Origin: a virus
Taxonomy: Duplodnaviria > Caudoviricetes
DNA: 64,000 nt
Strand: one strand, 5' to 3'
IMG/VR virus record: IMGVR_UViG_3300028591_000174
Location: 1 to 64,000 of that record
The stretch's first letter is position 1; every line of letters begins with the position of its first letter. Shown here piece after piece: positions 28,170 through 37,899 of this stretch. Under the pieces are notes generated by a model. The model was not told the origin of the DNA. It worked only from the letters and a program-made list of their open reading frames with translations, and did not search any database. The position numbers and the translations under genes are program-made.

Positions 28170-29342
28170 TTAAGAAGGGCAAGTCCTGGTAAACTTGCCC
28201 TAAAAAGTAATCGGGTTATCAAAAACCCTAAAACACTGCCCAGGGCTTGAACCTGGAGTTATTTGCTAGATAACTTATATGAGATTAATCTCAACCATTA
28301 CAGTGTTATAATGCCCTGCACTTTCGGGCTTGTGCAAAGTTTCCCTTGCACCTGGCACATTCCAGACCACTAGAAAATATAGATTGACAACCTATAAATT
28401 CCGTTTGGTGTGTCTTAAGTGACTTAAAAGATAGTATCTAACTCTTTGCATAACCTACAACTATTAATCGCATATATACTAGGCTTTCCCGATATCAATA
28501 GATGACTTTCAAAATGTGGTAAAACTTGCCTTGACTATGAGAAATTCCCGGCCTGGTGCATATTTCGTGCGTAGTTGCTGCCGTTTAACTTGTGTATATC
28601 TAAGAAGTGAGAATGATGATGTAGAATCGTGGTTATTATGAGAGAATAGATTTACCCCGATAAAGACAGATAGTTATTCTGTAAAATATCTTTTTCAGTT
28701 TCTGTACTTTAGGACAATACGCCATTAGTAAACTTTATTTGATAGTTTTGGTTACTATCCGCTGAAGTATCAACGTACAAGCGACTACCCAGAAAAGAAA
28801 CTGACTAACTTTTATTGACAACGAAAACGTGGGTAGATTTTTAAATTTGTTATATCGTGAAAGAGCTGGCCTATCCTTAATCGGTCAGAGTTGAATTCTA
28901 ACAGTAACACTATATCTTAAAAGATACTATGCACCAATTGACGCCCATTTTTAAGCGTTTCCCCTAATCACCCAGTAATGCTACTCTAGTGGAATATAGA
29001 AAGCCCTGGGTTTTCAGCGTCGAGCGTATACGAATAACTGGCGGCACAAAGGGGATTGAAAAATAGAATAGACTGGACTATACTTAGTCCAGTACTTAAA
29101 ATCTCAGAGTGAATTCTAAATTCCGTAAAATTTCCCCGATTCCCAGAAAATCGGAAATTCAAAATGCCTTATCAAAGAACGGTTACAAAAACATTAAAAT
29201 TACTAGAAATTCCGCATATTCTCGACTAGACCAGGACGGCCCGAGTCAATAGGTATGTTTCTATTAATAGTAACGTGCTTAATGCTTTTATATCCGTTCT
29301 TAAGGGCTAGACTCTGGGAAAGCCCTTAAGAACGGTATAAAA
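28170..29342 (-). ncRNA. candidate large structured non-coding RNA
   Basis: 1.2 kb with no ORF of 60 aa or more; several stems with GAAA-type loops on the minus strand; 15-bp perfect hairpin at 29294-29335; tRNA-like fold near the 3' end. Confidence 0.45.
28232..28306 (-). tRNA. tRNA-like element (atypical D-arm, no variable loop; AGC in the anticodon position)
   Basis: Acceptor ACACTGT/GCAGTGT, T-arm CCAGG-TTCAAGC-CCTGG, stem AGTTAT/ATAACT closing the loop CTAGCAA. Confidence 0.4.
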
Positions 29343-29355
29343 ACACTAATTTAAA

Positions 29356-29997
29356 TTAAGCGGATTTTTTCGACTTGCTTTTCTTTGAGACACTACCAAC
29401 TACACCCAGAGAAGACGCAAGCGACAAGAGAAATGTAGAAACTTGTTTTTTATCCTCAGCGGATAAAGAGTTACAAAGAGTCGACAAGTCATTAATAGAC
29501 TTTGTGACGTCGTCGAGTGATACGGCCTTGCTGCTTTCTTTTTTCTCTGTCTCTTCTCTGAATTTATAAATACCAGACTCACGACACAACTGTACAATGT
29601 ACACGTTTTTGTCATCTTTGCAATTATTCATTGCAAGCCCGAAATACTTAGACAAAGTAAGATGATTCTCTTTGAAATAGAATTTTAATGCCTTATCTAT
29701 TTCTTTCTCAGTTACCAGAAGATTGACAGATTCAATTAATTTTGAATTTCCCCATTCTACAAAGAGTGTCTTGAATTTCTTTGTATTAAGCATAGACCAA
29801 CTTTTAGAAGATTCTTTCTCTAAGAATTGACAGAGAAATTCATAGACTTTCTTTTCTCTCTCTGTCTTCAATTCCATACCAGGATTGACGAAACGACTCG
29901 AAAAGAGTTTCCATACCACTTTTTTATTAGTGATTCCATTCAGAGTGTCGATAATGCTTTGTTCAATAGCATTGAGCTTTACAGTAGATTCTTTCAT
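29356..29997 (-). CDS. hypothetical protein, first gene of the leftward early operon
   Basis: Start MKESTVK after aaggaag RBS (ORF track extends it to 30060). Confidence 0.65.
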   Translation of the reverse strand: MKESTVKLNAIEQSIIDTLNGITNKKVVWKLFSSRFVNPGMELKTEREKKVYEFLCQFLEKESSKSWSMLNTKKFKTLFVEWGNSKLIESVNLLVTEKEIDKALKFYFKENHLTLSKYFGLAMNNCKDDKNVYIVQLCRESGIYKFREETEKKESSKAVSLDDVTKSINDLSTLCNSLSAEDKKQVSTFLLSLASSLGVVGSVSKKSKSKKSA

Positions 29998-30103
29998 ATT
30001 TCTACTTCCTTGCCGCTTTTTGCGACTATTAAGATTTTCACTATAACTTAGGTATAACATACCTTTAAACGTTATAGCCCGAATTCTTTAAATTCTAAGA
30101 ACG

Positions 30104-30132
30104 ATTATAAAGGATAAACATATTAAAGTCAA
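30104..30132 (-). promoter_or_regulatory. sigma70-type leftward promoter
   Basis: TTGACT-17 bp-TATAAT on the minus strand. Confidence 0.8.
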
Positions 30133-30360
30133 CTTTTTTTTTTATTTTTTAATAAAAAAATTTATAGTAATATCCCTAGGGGGGAGTGCAGAAAGACGGA
30201 AATCTGCTCCTTATCCCCCTTTTTGATAACAGATTTTTTTCAGGCTGTATCATTTTGACCCAGTTAAGGTGAGTAAAATAGACACAGTAATTATAGTAGG
30301 AAAATGTAGGATTAAATTGTGGTGGTAAATAGTGGACATTTTGTGTACAGTGGCTTGAAA

Positions 30361-30443
30361 GTCTAATAGACATTGTGTACAATAGACATTGTAAGTCTAG
30401 TAGACATTAAGAGTCTAATAGACATTGTATATTGATAGACATA
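30361..30443 (+). promoter_or_regulatory. operator repeats upstream of the XRE regulator
   Basis: TAGACAT(T) at 30367, 30383, 30401, 30419, 30436; three are GTCTA-N-TAGAC palindromes. Confidence 0.65.
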
Positions 30444-30453
30444 AGGAGATTAA

Positions 30454-30843
30454 ATGTTTAATTACAGACCGTTAGCGAAGGTAATGAAGGAGAAAGGTAA
30501 GAGTACTGAAGACATTGCAGTTATACTTAATATGTCTTTGGAAGAGGTGAAGGACAAGCTGAACCATAATCGGAATATAACGATGAGTCAGTTGGATAAA
30601 CTGTGCAGTTATTTTGAATGTGGTCCTGAAGGAATTATGAGCTGGTCTCCTGACGGAGACTTAGTGAAGGTAGATTGGGATAAGGTCGCTGCGTTTGGAA
30701 AACCGCTTACTCTCTTGAGTGTTGAGTGCGGATTATCAAGGTCTGCTTTATCGAATGCGAAGAATAATAACTGCAAGATCAAATCTGAGAATGCGAAAAA
30801 GATGGCTGAAGTGTTAGGCTGCAGTCTTGAAAATTTGATGTAG
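30454..30843 (+). CDS. XRE/Cro-CI family regulator with two HTH domains
   Basis: FNYRPLAKVMKEKG...ITMSQLDKLCSYFECGPEGIM plus a second HTH. Confidence 0.85.
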   Translation: MFNYRPLAKVMKEKGKSTEDIAVILNMSLEEVKDKLNHNRNITMSQLDKLCSYFECGPEGIMSWSPDGDLVKVDWDKVAAFGKPLTLLSVECGLSRSALSNAKNNNCKIKSENAKKMAEVLGCSLENLM

Positions 30844-30852
30844 GAGGTAATT

Positions 30853-31491
30853 ATGGATATTGATTATGAGAGCGTTATTGATTTTGGTCCTGCAAAGAAA
30901 TTGATAAAAGACAGAGGGTTAAAGATTAAGTGGCTGGCTGAAAAGACTGGCCTGTTTCCAAGCAATGTATCACTGATTCTTAAGAATGAAGCGTTTCCTA
31001 AAACTGATGTGATTGCGAAGATGTGCTGGGCCTTGAATGTCCGTCCTTCTGAAATAATCAGTTTTAAGATTGATGCTGATGACAGAAAAAAGATATGGTT
31101 TGAGAGTAAAGAACTGCCTTACTTGCCTGAGCCTGGAAGTTCCGGCGAACTTACCTACGAACCTCTGAGGCTGATGACTAACATGTATCTCGATTACCTT
31201 TACGAAGAGACTGGAAAGGATAAGAGCGTGGATGATCTTCTTGATATGATTGAGCCTTACAGAAGGCGTAACGGATTCAATAATGGTCTTGATTATAAGG
31301 CCGCATTGGAAAAAAGGTTTGGTAAAGATTATGTACCGAAAAGAAGCCGGGCCGGTCAGTTTAAGGCAAAAGGACTTACCAATGAAACAAGAACCAAACT
31401 CAAGAATGACCGTCCTGTAAATATACGCACTGTATATGACATCTGTAACTTTTTCGGCTGTTCTATAGACTGGGTAATGAGCTATAAGTAG
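30853..31491 (+). CDS. XRE family HTH regulator
   Basis: IKWLAEKTGLFPSNVSLILKNE...KMCWALNVRPSEII; C-terminal VNIRTVYDICNFFGCSIDWVM. Confidence 0.85.
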   Translation: MDIDYESVIDFGPAKKLIKDRGLKIKWLAEKTGLFPSNVSLILKNEAFPKTDVIAKMCWALNVRPSEIISFKIDADDRKKIWFESKELPYLPEPGSSGELTYEPLRLMTNMYLDYLYEETGKDKSVDDLLDMIEPYRRRNGFNNGLDYKAALEKRFGKDYVPKRSRAGQFKAKGLTNETRTKLKNDRPVNIRTVYDICNFFGCSIDWVMSYK

Positions 31492-31565
31492 GCCCTGTAG
31501 AAAAAGTCAGTTTCCTGTAAAAACCAAAACATCGTTTTAAATTTTGAAAAAAAAATTTTTTTCAG

Positions 31566-31587
31566 GCCCTCTTTTGAGGGCTTTTTT
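31566..31587 (+). terminator. intrinsic terminator
   Basis: gccctc-tttt-gagggc followed by tttttt. Confidence 0.7.
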
Positions 31588-31769
31588 ATTGCTTCCTTCC
31601 AAGTCATTAAGGTCTCATTTTTCATCTGTTATATTCTAATCGTCCTCTTTAAGGTTTTGTTTGTTTTCCTTACTGATGGCCTCCTTGATGTGTGGAGAGG
31701 CAGGAAAAATGAAACTAACCTGCCTCTCCCTTTTTTAAGCATATCTTTTTTCTGCCATATCTTATAGGT

Positions 31770-32210
31770 ATGCCAATAATAGCACCAGAAAAAACTTCTA
31801 AACATAAACAGTATGTCGGCTCAAAAAAAGCCCTTAATGAGGCTATGTCTTACGCTGCAAATGAGTTTATCGAGTCTCCTTTAGACGGCTCACAGAAAAC
31901 CCGATGGCAGGCTGTAGTAGACCGTCTTTACAATACCGCAATATATGCGGAGTCAGATAAAGATGCTACTTCCGCTGCAAAGGTTATTGCAGAAAGACTC
32001 TTTGGCCGTGCACCTGTTCAGAAGCAGGAAAACAAACATGAAATACCTGCAATCATATTCGCAGAGCGTGGTGATGAACTCGCTCAGATTGCAGAAAAGG
32101 CATCTCGTGCAGAGGATGATCCTGATGATTATGAAGGACCAATGAATGTTGGAATTCAGTTCGAAGACGGTTCTGAAATGATTGTTGAAGCGGAGGATGA
32201 TGATGATTAG
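31770..32210 (+). CDS. putative terminase small subunit
   Basis: Directly upstream of terL; AAKVIAERLFGRAPVQK helix pattern. Confidence 0.55.
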   Translation: MPIIAPEKTSKHKQYVGSKKALNEAMSYAANEFIESPLDGSQKTRWQAVVDRLYNTAIYAESDKDATSAAKVIAERLFGRAPVQKQENKHEIPAIIFAERGDELAQIAEKASRAEDDPDDYEGPMNVGIQFEDGSEMIVEAEDDDD

Positions 32211-32299
32211 CTTTTTTAAGATACTGATTGCTTACGCTGTATTTATAGTCATCGCTGTTGTATTCGCAGTCCTCATTGATAAATTCGGGGAGGCAACTG

Positions 32300-33553
32300 A
32301 TGAGTGACGCGATTCCTTTTCGCCTTACAAAGCCTCAGATGACAATTCTCCGTGACCCTCACCGTTTCAAGATTGTAAACGCCGGAAGACGTTTCGGTAA
32401 ATCATTCGTATCTGGTGCCGCCATCCTTGAACAGATTTCCATTCCTAACTCAGTAGTCTGGTATGTAGCTCCGACCTGGGATATGGCAAAAAAGATTATG
32501 TGGGATGACTGGCTTCCTAAACACGTTCCAAGAGAATGGATTGCCGATGACGGTGTAAACAAGATGGACAAAACCTATAAGTTCATCAACGGTTCCATTC
32601 TTTACGTTCTGTCAGCCGATAACCCGGACCACCTTCGTGGTACTTCATTGAATCGTGTAATCCTTGATGAGTGCGGATTTATGAAGGAAGGTGTATGGGA
32701 AATCATCCGCCCTGCCCTCGCTGACCGTAAGGGAGATGCTATCCTTGTTTCTACACCAAAAGGTTACAACTGGTTCTACAAGATGTACAAAGAGGCTCTT
32801 GAACAGCCTGACTGGAAGGCATTCCAGTATACCACTATCGAAGGTGAAAACGTTGATGCAGAAGAAATCGAAGCGGCAAGACAAACAATGTCTCCTAAGA
32901 TGTTCGCACAGGAGTTCCTTGCCTCGTTTGAAAATCTTGCCTCTCGTGTATATGACATGTTTGACCGGGAAAAGAATATCTGTGAACTCGATGAGAACTG
33001 GGGTAAGGGTTCAACCGATGTTCACATCGGAATTGACTTCAACGTAAATCCTATGACCGCTGCTATTGCAGTAAAAGAGGGTGATGACATTAAATTCTTT
33101 GATGAAATCGTAGAGCCTAACTCTAATACACAGATACTCTGTAATTCAATCCGTAAGAAGTTTCCTAAAGCAGATATATTTGTCTACCCGGACCCTACCT
33201 GCCGTAAACGTCAGACTTCTGCAGCAGTCGGAGAAACAGACTATGAGATTTTAAGGCGTAACCGATTCCATGTCTGCTGTCCTAAAGCACCTTACTCATC
33301 AAGAGATAAATTTAATGCTGTAAATACTGCATTCCTCAATGCAAAAGGTGACCGTCACGCATTTATTACAAGAGGAAGATGTAAAAAGTTAAAAGAAGCC
33401 CTTGAGGGCTACTGCTATAAAGATAACGGAGAAGATACTGACAAATCATCTGGACTTGATCATATTTCAGATGCATGTGCTTATCTGCTTTGCTATCTCA
33501 AACCAATTAAAAAGTCGTGGGGCCTTAACCGCCCTAAAGTGTATGGCTTTTAA
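32300..33553 (+). CDS. terL: terminase large subunit
   Basis: Walker A AGRRFGKS, LRG...VILDE, STPKG, QEFLASF, nuclease GIDFNVNP and DHISDA; ATG at 32300. Confidence 0.95.
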   Translation: MSDAIPFRLTKPQMTILRDPHRFKIVNAGRRFGKSFVSGAAILEQISIPNSVVWYVAPTWDMAKKIMWDDWLPKHVPREWIADDGVNKMDKTYKFINGSILYVLSADNPDHLRGTSLNRVILDECGFMKEGVWEIIRPALADRKGDAILVSTPKGYNWFYKMYKEALEQPDWKAFQYTTIEGENVDAEEIEAARQTMSPKMFAQEFLASFENLASRVYDMFDREKNICELDENWGKGSTDVHIGIDFNVNPMTAAIAVKEGDDIKFFDEIVEPNSNTQILCNSIRKKFPKADIFVYPDPTCRKRQTSAAVGETDYEILRRNRFHVCCPKAPYSSRDKFNAVNTAFLNAKGDRHAFITRGRCKKLKEALEGYCYKDNGEDTDKSSGLDHISDACAYLLCYLKPIKKSWGLNRPKVYGF

Positions 33554-33565
33554 GCGAGGTAAAAT

Positions 33566-35077
33566 ATGGCTTTTGGTAAAAAGAAAAAGGAAGTTAAATT
33601 TCCAGTAATGACAACATATCCAGAATATTCTAAACTTGCGGAACGCTGGTCTGTATGTCGTGAAGTTATTGCAGGCGAAGATGTCGTAAAGGAACAAGGT
33701 GAAAAATATTTGCCTATGGCTGTTCTCCGCAACCATGACGAACAGGTTGCAAGGTATAAGGCATACAAAATGAGGACACCTTTCATTCCTTTCACATATA
33801 TGGCTTATCAGGTCCAGCACGCTATGGTCTTCAGACGTACTCCTACAGTAGTCTGTTCTGATGAACTTAAGCAGAGTGGTATTCTTGATAACGTTGACGG
33901 AAAGGGAAACTCTCTTTATCAGTTCGCATCAAACTCGTTTGATGATCTCTTGAAAACAGGATTCGGCGGCGGTCTTCTTGATATGCCTAAAGCAGAATCT
34001 GGAATGACAGTGTATGACGCTGAAAAGAAAGGTATCAAGCCTTATGTAACATATTACCCTGCAGAACAGATTATAAATAAGATTTATGACAATTCTCAGG
34101 GAGTGTCAAAACTTAAACTTGTCGTTTTAAGGGAAAAGGTAAACACATATAAAGATGAGTTCATTCTTCTTGAAAGAGAGCGTTACCGAGTCCTCGCTAT
34201 CAATGATGAAGGATTCTATGAACAGAGAATCTGGACTCCTATCTATGATGACAAAGATGAAATTGTAGATATGAGTATCGAAGTTCTTCCTGTAACAATC
34301 AACGGTGAACGGATTACTTATATTCCGTTTGTGTTCTTCCCTGTTGACTACGCTGAAAAACCGCCTTTGTATGACCTCGCAATGATGAATATTCATCATT
34401 ATCAGATTATGGCAGATTACTACAACGGACTTCATAAAGTAACAATGCCTACTGGTTATATCACTGGTTATACACCAAGTGATGACGAGGACGAAGATGA
34501 CGAAATTACGCTCGGTGGTGATGTATTCATTACTGAAGAAAATCCTGAAGCTAAGTTTGGTATGCTTTCATATGCCGGTGAAGGTATGCAGCATACAAGA
34601 GACGGTATTGATAAAATTGAGAACCTCATTGCAGGTATCTTTATGAAATCTATTGCACCAGACAAAAAGACTTCAGAAACTGCAGAGTCTGCCTATGTTC
34701 ACCGTTCTGGAGAAAATGCTCGTCTTGCAACATTTGCAAGAAACGTAAGCGAGCAACTCTCTCAGCTTATCGAATGGTATGCTGAATGGAGTAATTACAA
34801 AGGTTATGTGGAGATTCATCTTAATTATGACTATGAAACAATGGCCCTTGACCCTAACATTATCAACTCTATTGCAAATATCTCTGGACAGGGCAAGTTC
34901 CCATTGTACTGTGTATTCTACATTCTTAAGCAGCAGGAACTTATTGATCCTGATATGAACTTTGATGATTTCATATTCCTTATTGACCAGGAAAACATTG
35001 AAGGTAATTCAGCACAGGAAATCTATGAAGCATTCAAGAAAAGAATGTCGGAAAGAGATAAGAGGCTTAAAAAATAA
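33566..35077 (+). CDS. portal protein (DUF4055-like)
   Basis: Position after terL; GEKYLP...Y..YKMR, PPLYDLAMMNIHHYQ, KTSETA motifs. Confidence 0.88.
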   Translation: MAFGKKKKEVKFPVMTTYPEYSKLAERWSVCREVIAGEDVVKEQGEKYLPMAVLRNHDEQVARYKAYKMRTPFIPFTYMAYQVQHAMVFRRTPTVVCSDELKQSGILDNVDGKGNSLYQFASNSFDDLLKTGFGGGLLDMPKAESGMTVYDAEKKGIKPYVTYYPAEQIINKIYDNSQGVSKLKLVVLREKVNTYKDEFILLERERYRVLAINDEGFYEQRIWTPIYDDKDEIVDMSIEVLPVTINGERITYIPFVFFPVDYAEKPPLYDLAMMNIHHYQIMADYYNGLHKVTMPTGYITGYTPSDDEDEDDEITLGGDVFITEENPEAKFGMLSYAGEGMQHTRDGIDKIENLIAGIFMKSIAPDKKTSETAESAYVHRSGENARLATFARNVSEQLSQLIEWYAEWSNYKGYVEIHLNYDYETMALDPNIINSIANISGQGKFPLYCVFYILKQQELIDPDMNFDDFIFLIDQENIEGNSAQEIYEAFKKRMSERDKRLKK

Positions 35078-35089
35078 GAGAGGTGACAT

Positions 35090-35212
35090 ATGAAGAAGTC
35101 AAAGTCAAAAGTAGGCTTTCATAAAATTGCAGGAGCAACTCGCGTTGTAATCAAAAATGGCAAAAAGACAAAACGTTATGACGTAATGAAAGCAAGAATA
35201 CCAACTGAATAA
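35090..35212 (+). CDS. small basic 40-aa protein
   Basis: MKKSKSKVGFHKIAGATRVVIKNGKKTKRYDVMKARIPTE after gaggtg RBS. Confidence 0.45.
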   Translation: MKKSKSKVGFHKIAGATRVVIKNGKKTKRYDVMKARIPTE

Positions 35213-35257
35213 TTCAGATACTTTTTCTGAATAATATAATGTCTGGAGGAAAAGAAT

Positions 35258-35458
35258 ATGTATTCAATTCTTATTAGCAAAGGTACAAATATGTACAGTT
35301 ATGCGGTTGATGAAGTCAGCGGAGACGTATTCACTGGCACATCTGCAGAGACAAAGGTAAAGTTCAATGAACTTCTTCAGAAGTATCCAATCAGTAAACT
35401 TATTGTTGTTCATAACACCAACGTTACTGCTGAACTTTCTATTGTTGATGTTGAGTAA
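35258..35458 (+). CDS. hypothetical protein
   Basis: 66 aa, ggagg RBS. Confidence 0.6.
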   Translation: MYSILISKGTNMYSYAVDEVSGDVFTGTSAETKVKFNELLQKYPISKLIVVHNTNVTAELSIVDVE

Positions 35459-35504
35459 ATTATGACGCTCTGTTTCGGCAGAGCGTTTTTTCTTTGGAGA
35501 TGTT

Positions 35505-35744
35505 ATGAAAAGATTATTAACGATTTTATTTCTTATTATTTTTTCTTTTGTGATTTCCGGGTATTCATATCATCAGAAATGCAGGGAATGTCAGAGAGAA
35601 CGCAAGGAAAACAAAACTGTTATGTGCGAGATTGGAACGGCATGGAGAGATTTCGGCACTCCGATTATTCATAAAGACGCCCATGCATATGCAACTTACC
35701 GTTGCTGTTATGGTCATTCATATCTTGTAGACTTGTCAGAGTAA
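35505..35744 (+). CDS. small secreted Cys-rich protein
   Basis: Signal peptide, CREC...C...CC. Confidence 0.5.
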   Translation: MKRLLTILFLIIFSFVISGYSYHQKCRECQRERKENKTVMCEIGTAWRDFGTPIIHKDAHAYATYRCCYGHSYLVDLSE

Positions 35745-36310
35745 GTATAGTATTAACCCTTTCGGTCCTAGAGTGATTTAGGCAAAGTCATCCTTCCCTA
35801 ATGCAATGATTAAGGAAAGACGGTCTATGCCATGAAACATTAACCCTTTTCGGGAGCCTGTCGTTTCATTAGGACAGTCATTGTATTCAAGTACTGACTG
35901 TTAGTATCACTCTATCAACTCTTGAAAGTTGCTTGCCGCGGCATCTACTTCCGTCTCACCGCTGATGGTATGGCAAGTTCCCCCTTTTACCATCTTTTCT
36001 CACTTATTCCAAAGTGTTGACCTTGTTTTCACAAGTAAACCGTAATTAATAAGCACAGTTGGAATAAAAACAAAAACCTTTATGACACAGGCTTTGTGGT
36101 ACCACCCACACTAGTCGCTACCGTAAAAACGACTAAGATAAACCTGTCTCATAAAGGTTTCTGAAAAAAGAAGTCTTACGGTATATGTCAAAGTTGGGGT
36201 GGTTAGTTCCAACAAGAATAGAATACACTGATATGATGCAAAAATCAACTGAAAAATACATTTTTTAATAAAAATTAAGAGATATTTTTTTCTACTCTAC
36301 ACTATTCTTA

Positions 36311-36679
36311 ATGAAACTTACATTATTAGGTGAAACACCAAGTAAGAAAAATAGTCGAATTAATACTCGTTCTGGCCGTTCATTTCCTAATCAGAGATAT
36401 ACGAAATGGCATGACTCAATTGTTTCTCAGTTACATTTTCTTTTATTAAAAAAACAGTTATGTACATTCGGTAATTGCCAGATAAAAATAACAGCAACAT
36501 TCTACCACGGAGACATGAAGAGACGCGACAGTGATAATCAGATTACATCTGTACTTGATACTCTCGTGGACGCAGGTATTCTTGAAGATGACAAATGGAT
36601 GATAATCCCGGAAAAACATATTTTCGACAAATATGATAAAGGAAATGCCAGAGTTGAACTGGAAATTGAGGAATTATGA
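36311..36679 (+). CDS. rusA: RusA-like Holliday junction resolvase
   Basis: TPSKKNSR, RRDSDNQ...LDTLVDAGILEDD. Confidence 0.85.
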   Translation: MKLTLLGETPSKKNSRINTRSGRSFPNQRYTKWHDSIVSQLHFLLLKKQLCTFGNCQIKITATFYHGDMKRRDSDNQITSVLDTLVDAGILEDDKWMIIPEKHIFDKYDKGNARVELEIEEL

Positions 36680-37581
36680 ATAAAATTCTAAAAAAGACTT
36701 TATTACATTACATTGATCTCGATATGTACGCAAATGCAGTAATTGAAGCAATGATGGAAGAGTATAACCTTTGTTACACAGAGTGTGCAGAAATTCTCCT
36801 TTCTTCTGATTATTACAAAACAAAAGCAGATTATTCAAATACATACAATGCAATAAAGGAATCTGTTACTCAGTTTACTGATAAACTTGATAAAAGAATG
36901 TCTGAAGAGGCTGAAACAGTCACAAATCTTGAACTTGAATTTCTCAAACAGACATATAAAGGTATTCTTACAGTTGGTGCAGTATCATTTGCAAAAACCA
37001 TGTTTATGCCAATTGGCGGCACTGATACTACAAAGATGTTTGTAGAAAGGACTACAAAAAATATACTTCGCTCTTATGATACCGCACTTAGGTCTGGCTA
37101 TCTTTTCGGGCAGAATTCTACAGATGTGAAACAAAACGTTGATAAAGCCCTTAATCAGACAATAAGGGGAATGAAAAACGGAATACAATCTGCTATCCCA
37201 TCTTATGCAAAATCAACTGATAAAATTATATTTTTGAATAATGATAAAGAGGTTGTATGGGTGGCCACTCTTGATGGACGTACATGTATAACCTGTGCGT
37301 CAATGAATGGATTGCGGTATAAATCTGCAGCAGAAGCACCTTCTACTCCTCATTTTAAGTGTAGATGTATCTTGCAGATTGCAGATATTTTGAATGAACC
37401 GATTCCAGAGTTTAAGGATTTCATTGAAGAACTTAGTGACGAAGAGCAGAGACATGTTTTAGGAGTGAACAGATATAAGCTTTGGAAAGAGTACAATGTT
37501 CCTCTTGAAAAGTTCCTTGATAATGGGGAAGTAATATTATTAAAAGATTTGAAGAAATCATTAAATATAAAAGATATATAA
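36676..37581 (+). CDS. minor head morphogenesis protein (SPP1 gp7/Mu F-like)
   Basis: WVATLDGRTCITCASMNG...PHFKCRC. Confidence 0.85.
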   Translation: MNKILKKTLLHYIDLDMYANAVIEAMMEEYNLCYTECAEILLSSDYYKTKADYSNTYNAIKESVTQFTDKLDKRMSEEAETVTNLELEFLKQTYKGILTVGAVSFAKTMFMPIGGTDTTKMFVERTTKNILRSYDTALRSGYLFGQNSTDVKQNVDKALNQTIRGMKNGIQSAIPSYAKSTDKIIFLNNDKEVVWVATLDGRTCITCASMNGLRYKSAAEAPSTPHFKCRCILQIADILNEPIPEFKDFIEELSDEEQRHVLGVNRYKLWKEYNVPLEKFLDNGEVILLKDLKKSLNIKDI

Positions 37582-37593
37582 AAAGAGGTTTAC

Positions 37594-37899
37594 ATGAAGT
37601 TCTACATTGCTGGCAAAATTACAGGTGATCCTGATTATAAACAGAAGTTTAATAAAGTTGAAGAAGCATTGGCAAGACTTGGACATAGCGTAATGAATCC
37701 AAGCAGTCTTGGTAACTATCCAGAATTTACCTGGCAGGATTATATGTTTATTTGTAAGGCTATGCTTATGAAATGTAATGCAATCTTATTTCTTCCAGAT
37801 TGGGCCGAAAGTAAAGGTGCAACGGAAGAACATGAACAGGCATTATTAAATCATTTAGCAGTATATTATGATATATCTGACGTTCCTCCGGCATATTAA
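37594..37899 (+). CDS. DUF4406 / nucleoside deoxyribosyltransferase-fold protein
   Basis: YIAGKITG...YMFICKAML..C.AILFLPDWAESKGA..E. Confidence 0.8.
   Translation: MKFYIAGKITGDPDYKQKFNKVEEALARLGHSVMNPSSLGNYPEFTWQDYMFICKAMLMKCNAILFLPDWAESKGATEEHEQALLNHLAVYYDISDVPPAY

Noticed and set aside
28232-28306. tmRNA 3' end
   Set aside because: The acceptor stem lacks the tmRNA/Ala identity pattern (GGGG..., G3-U70) and both halves are contiguous rather than separated by a tag region.
28900-28930. Group I intron core (AAGATATAGT resembles the S motif)
   Set aside because: No matching P7/R partner or interrupted host gene could be identified by eye.
30176-30382. 68-aa minus-strand ORF in the divergent intergenic region
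   Set aside because: Lies upstream of the leftward promoter, has no RBS and overlaps the operator repeats.
36099-36110. T-box riboswitch (GGGTGGTACCAC on the minus strand)
   Set aside because: No stem I or specifier loop and no downstream aminoacyl-tRNA synthetase or amino-acid gene; kept only as part of a structured region.
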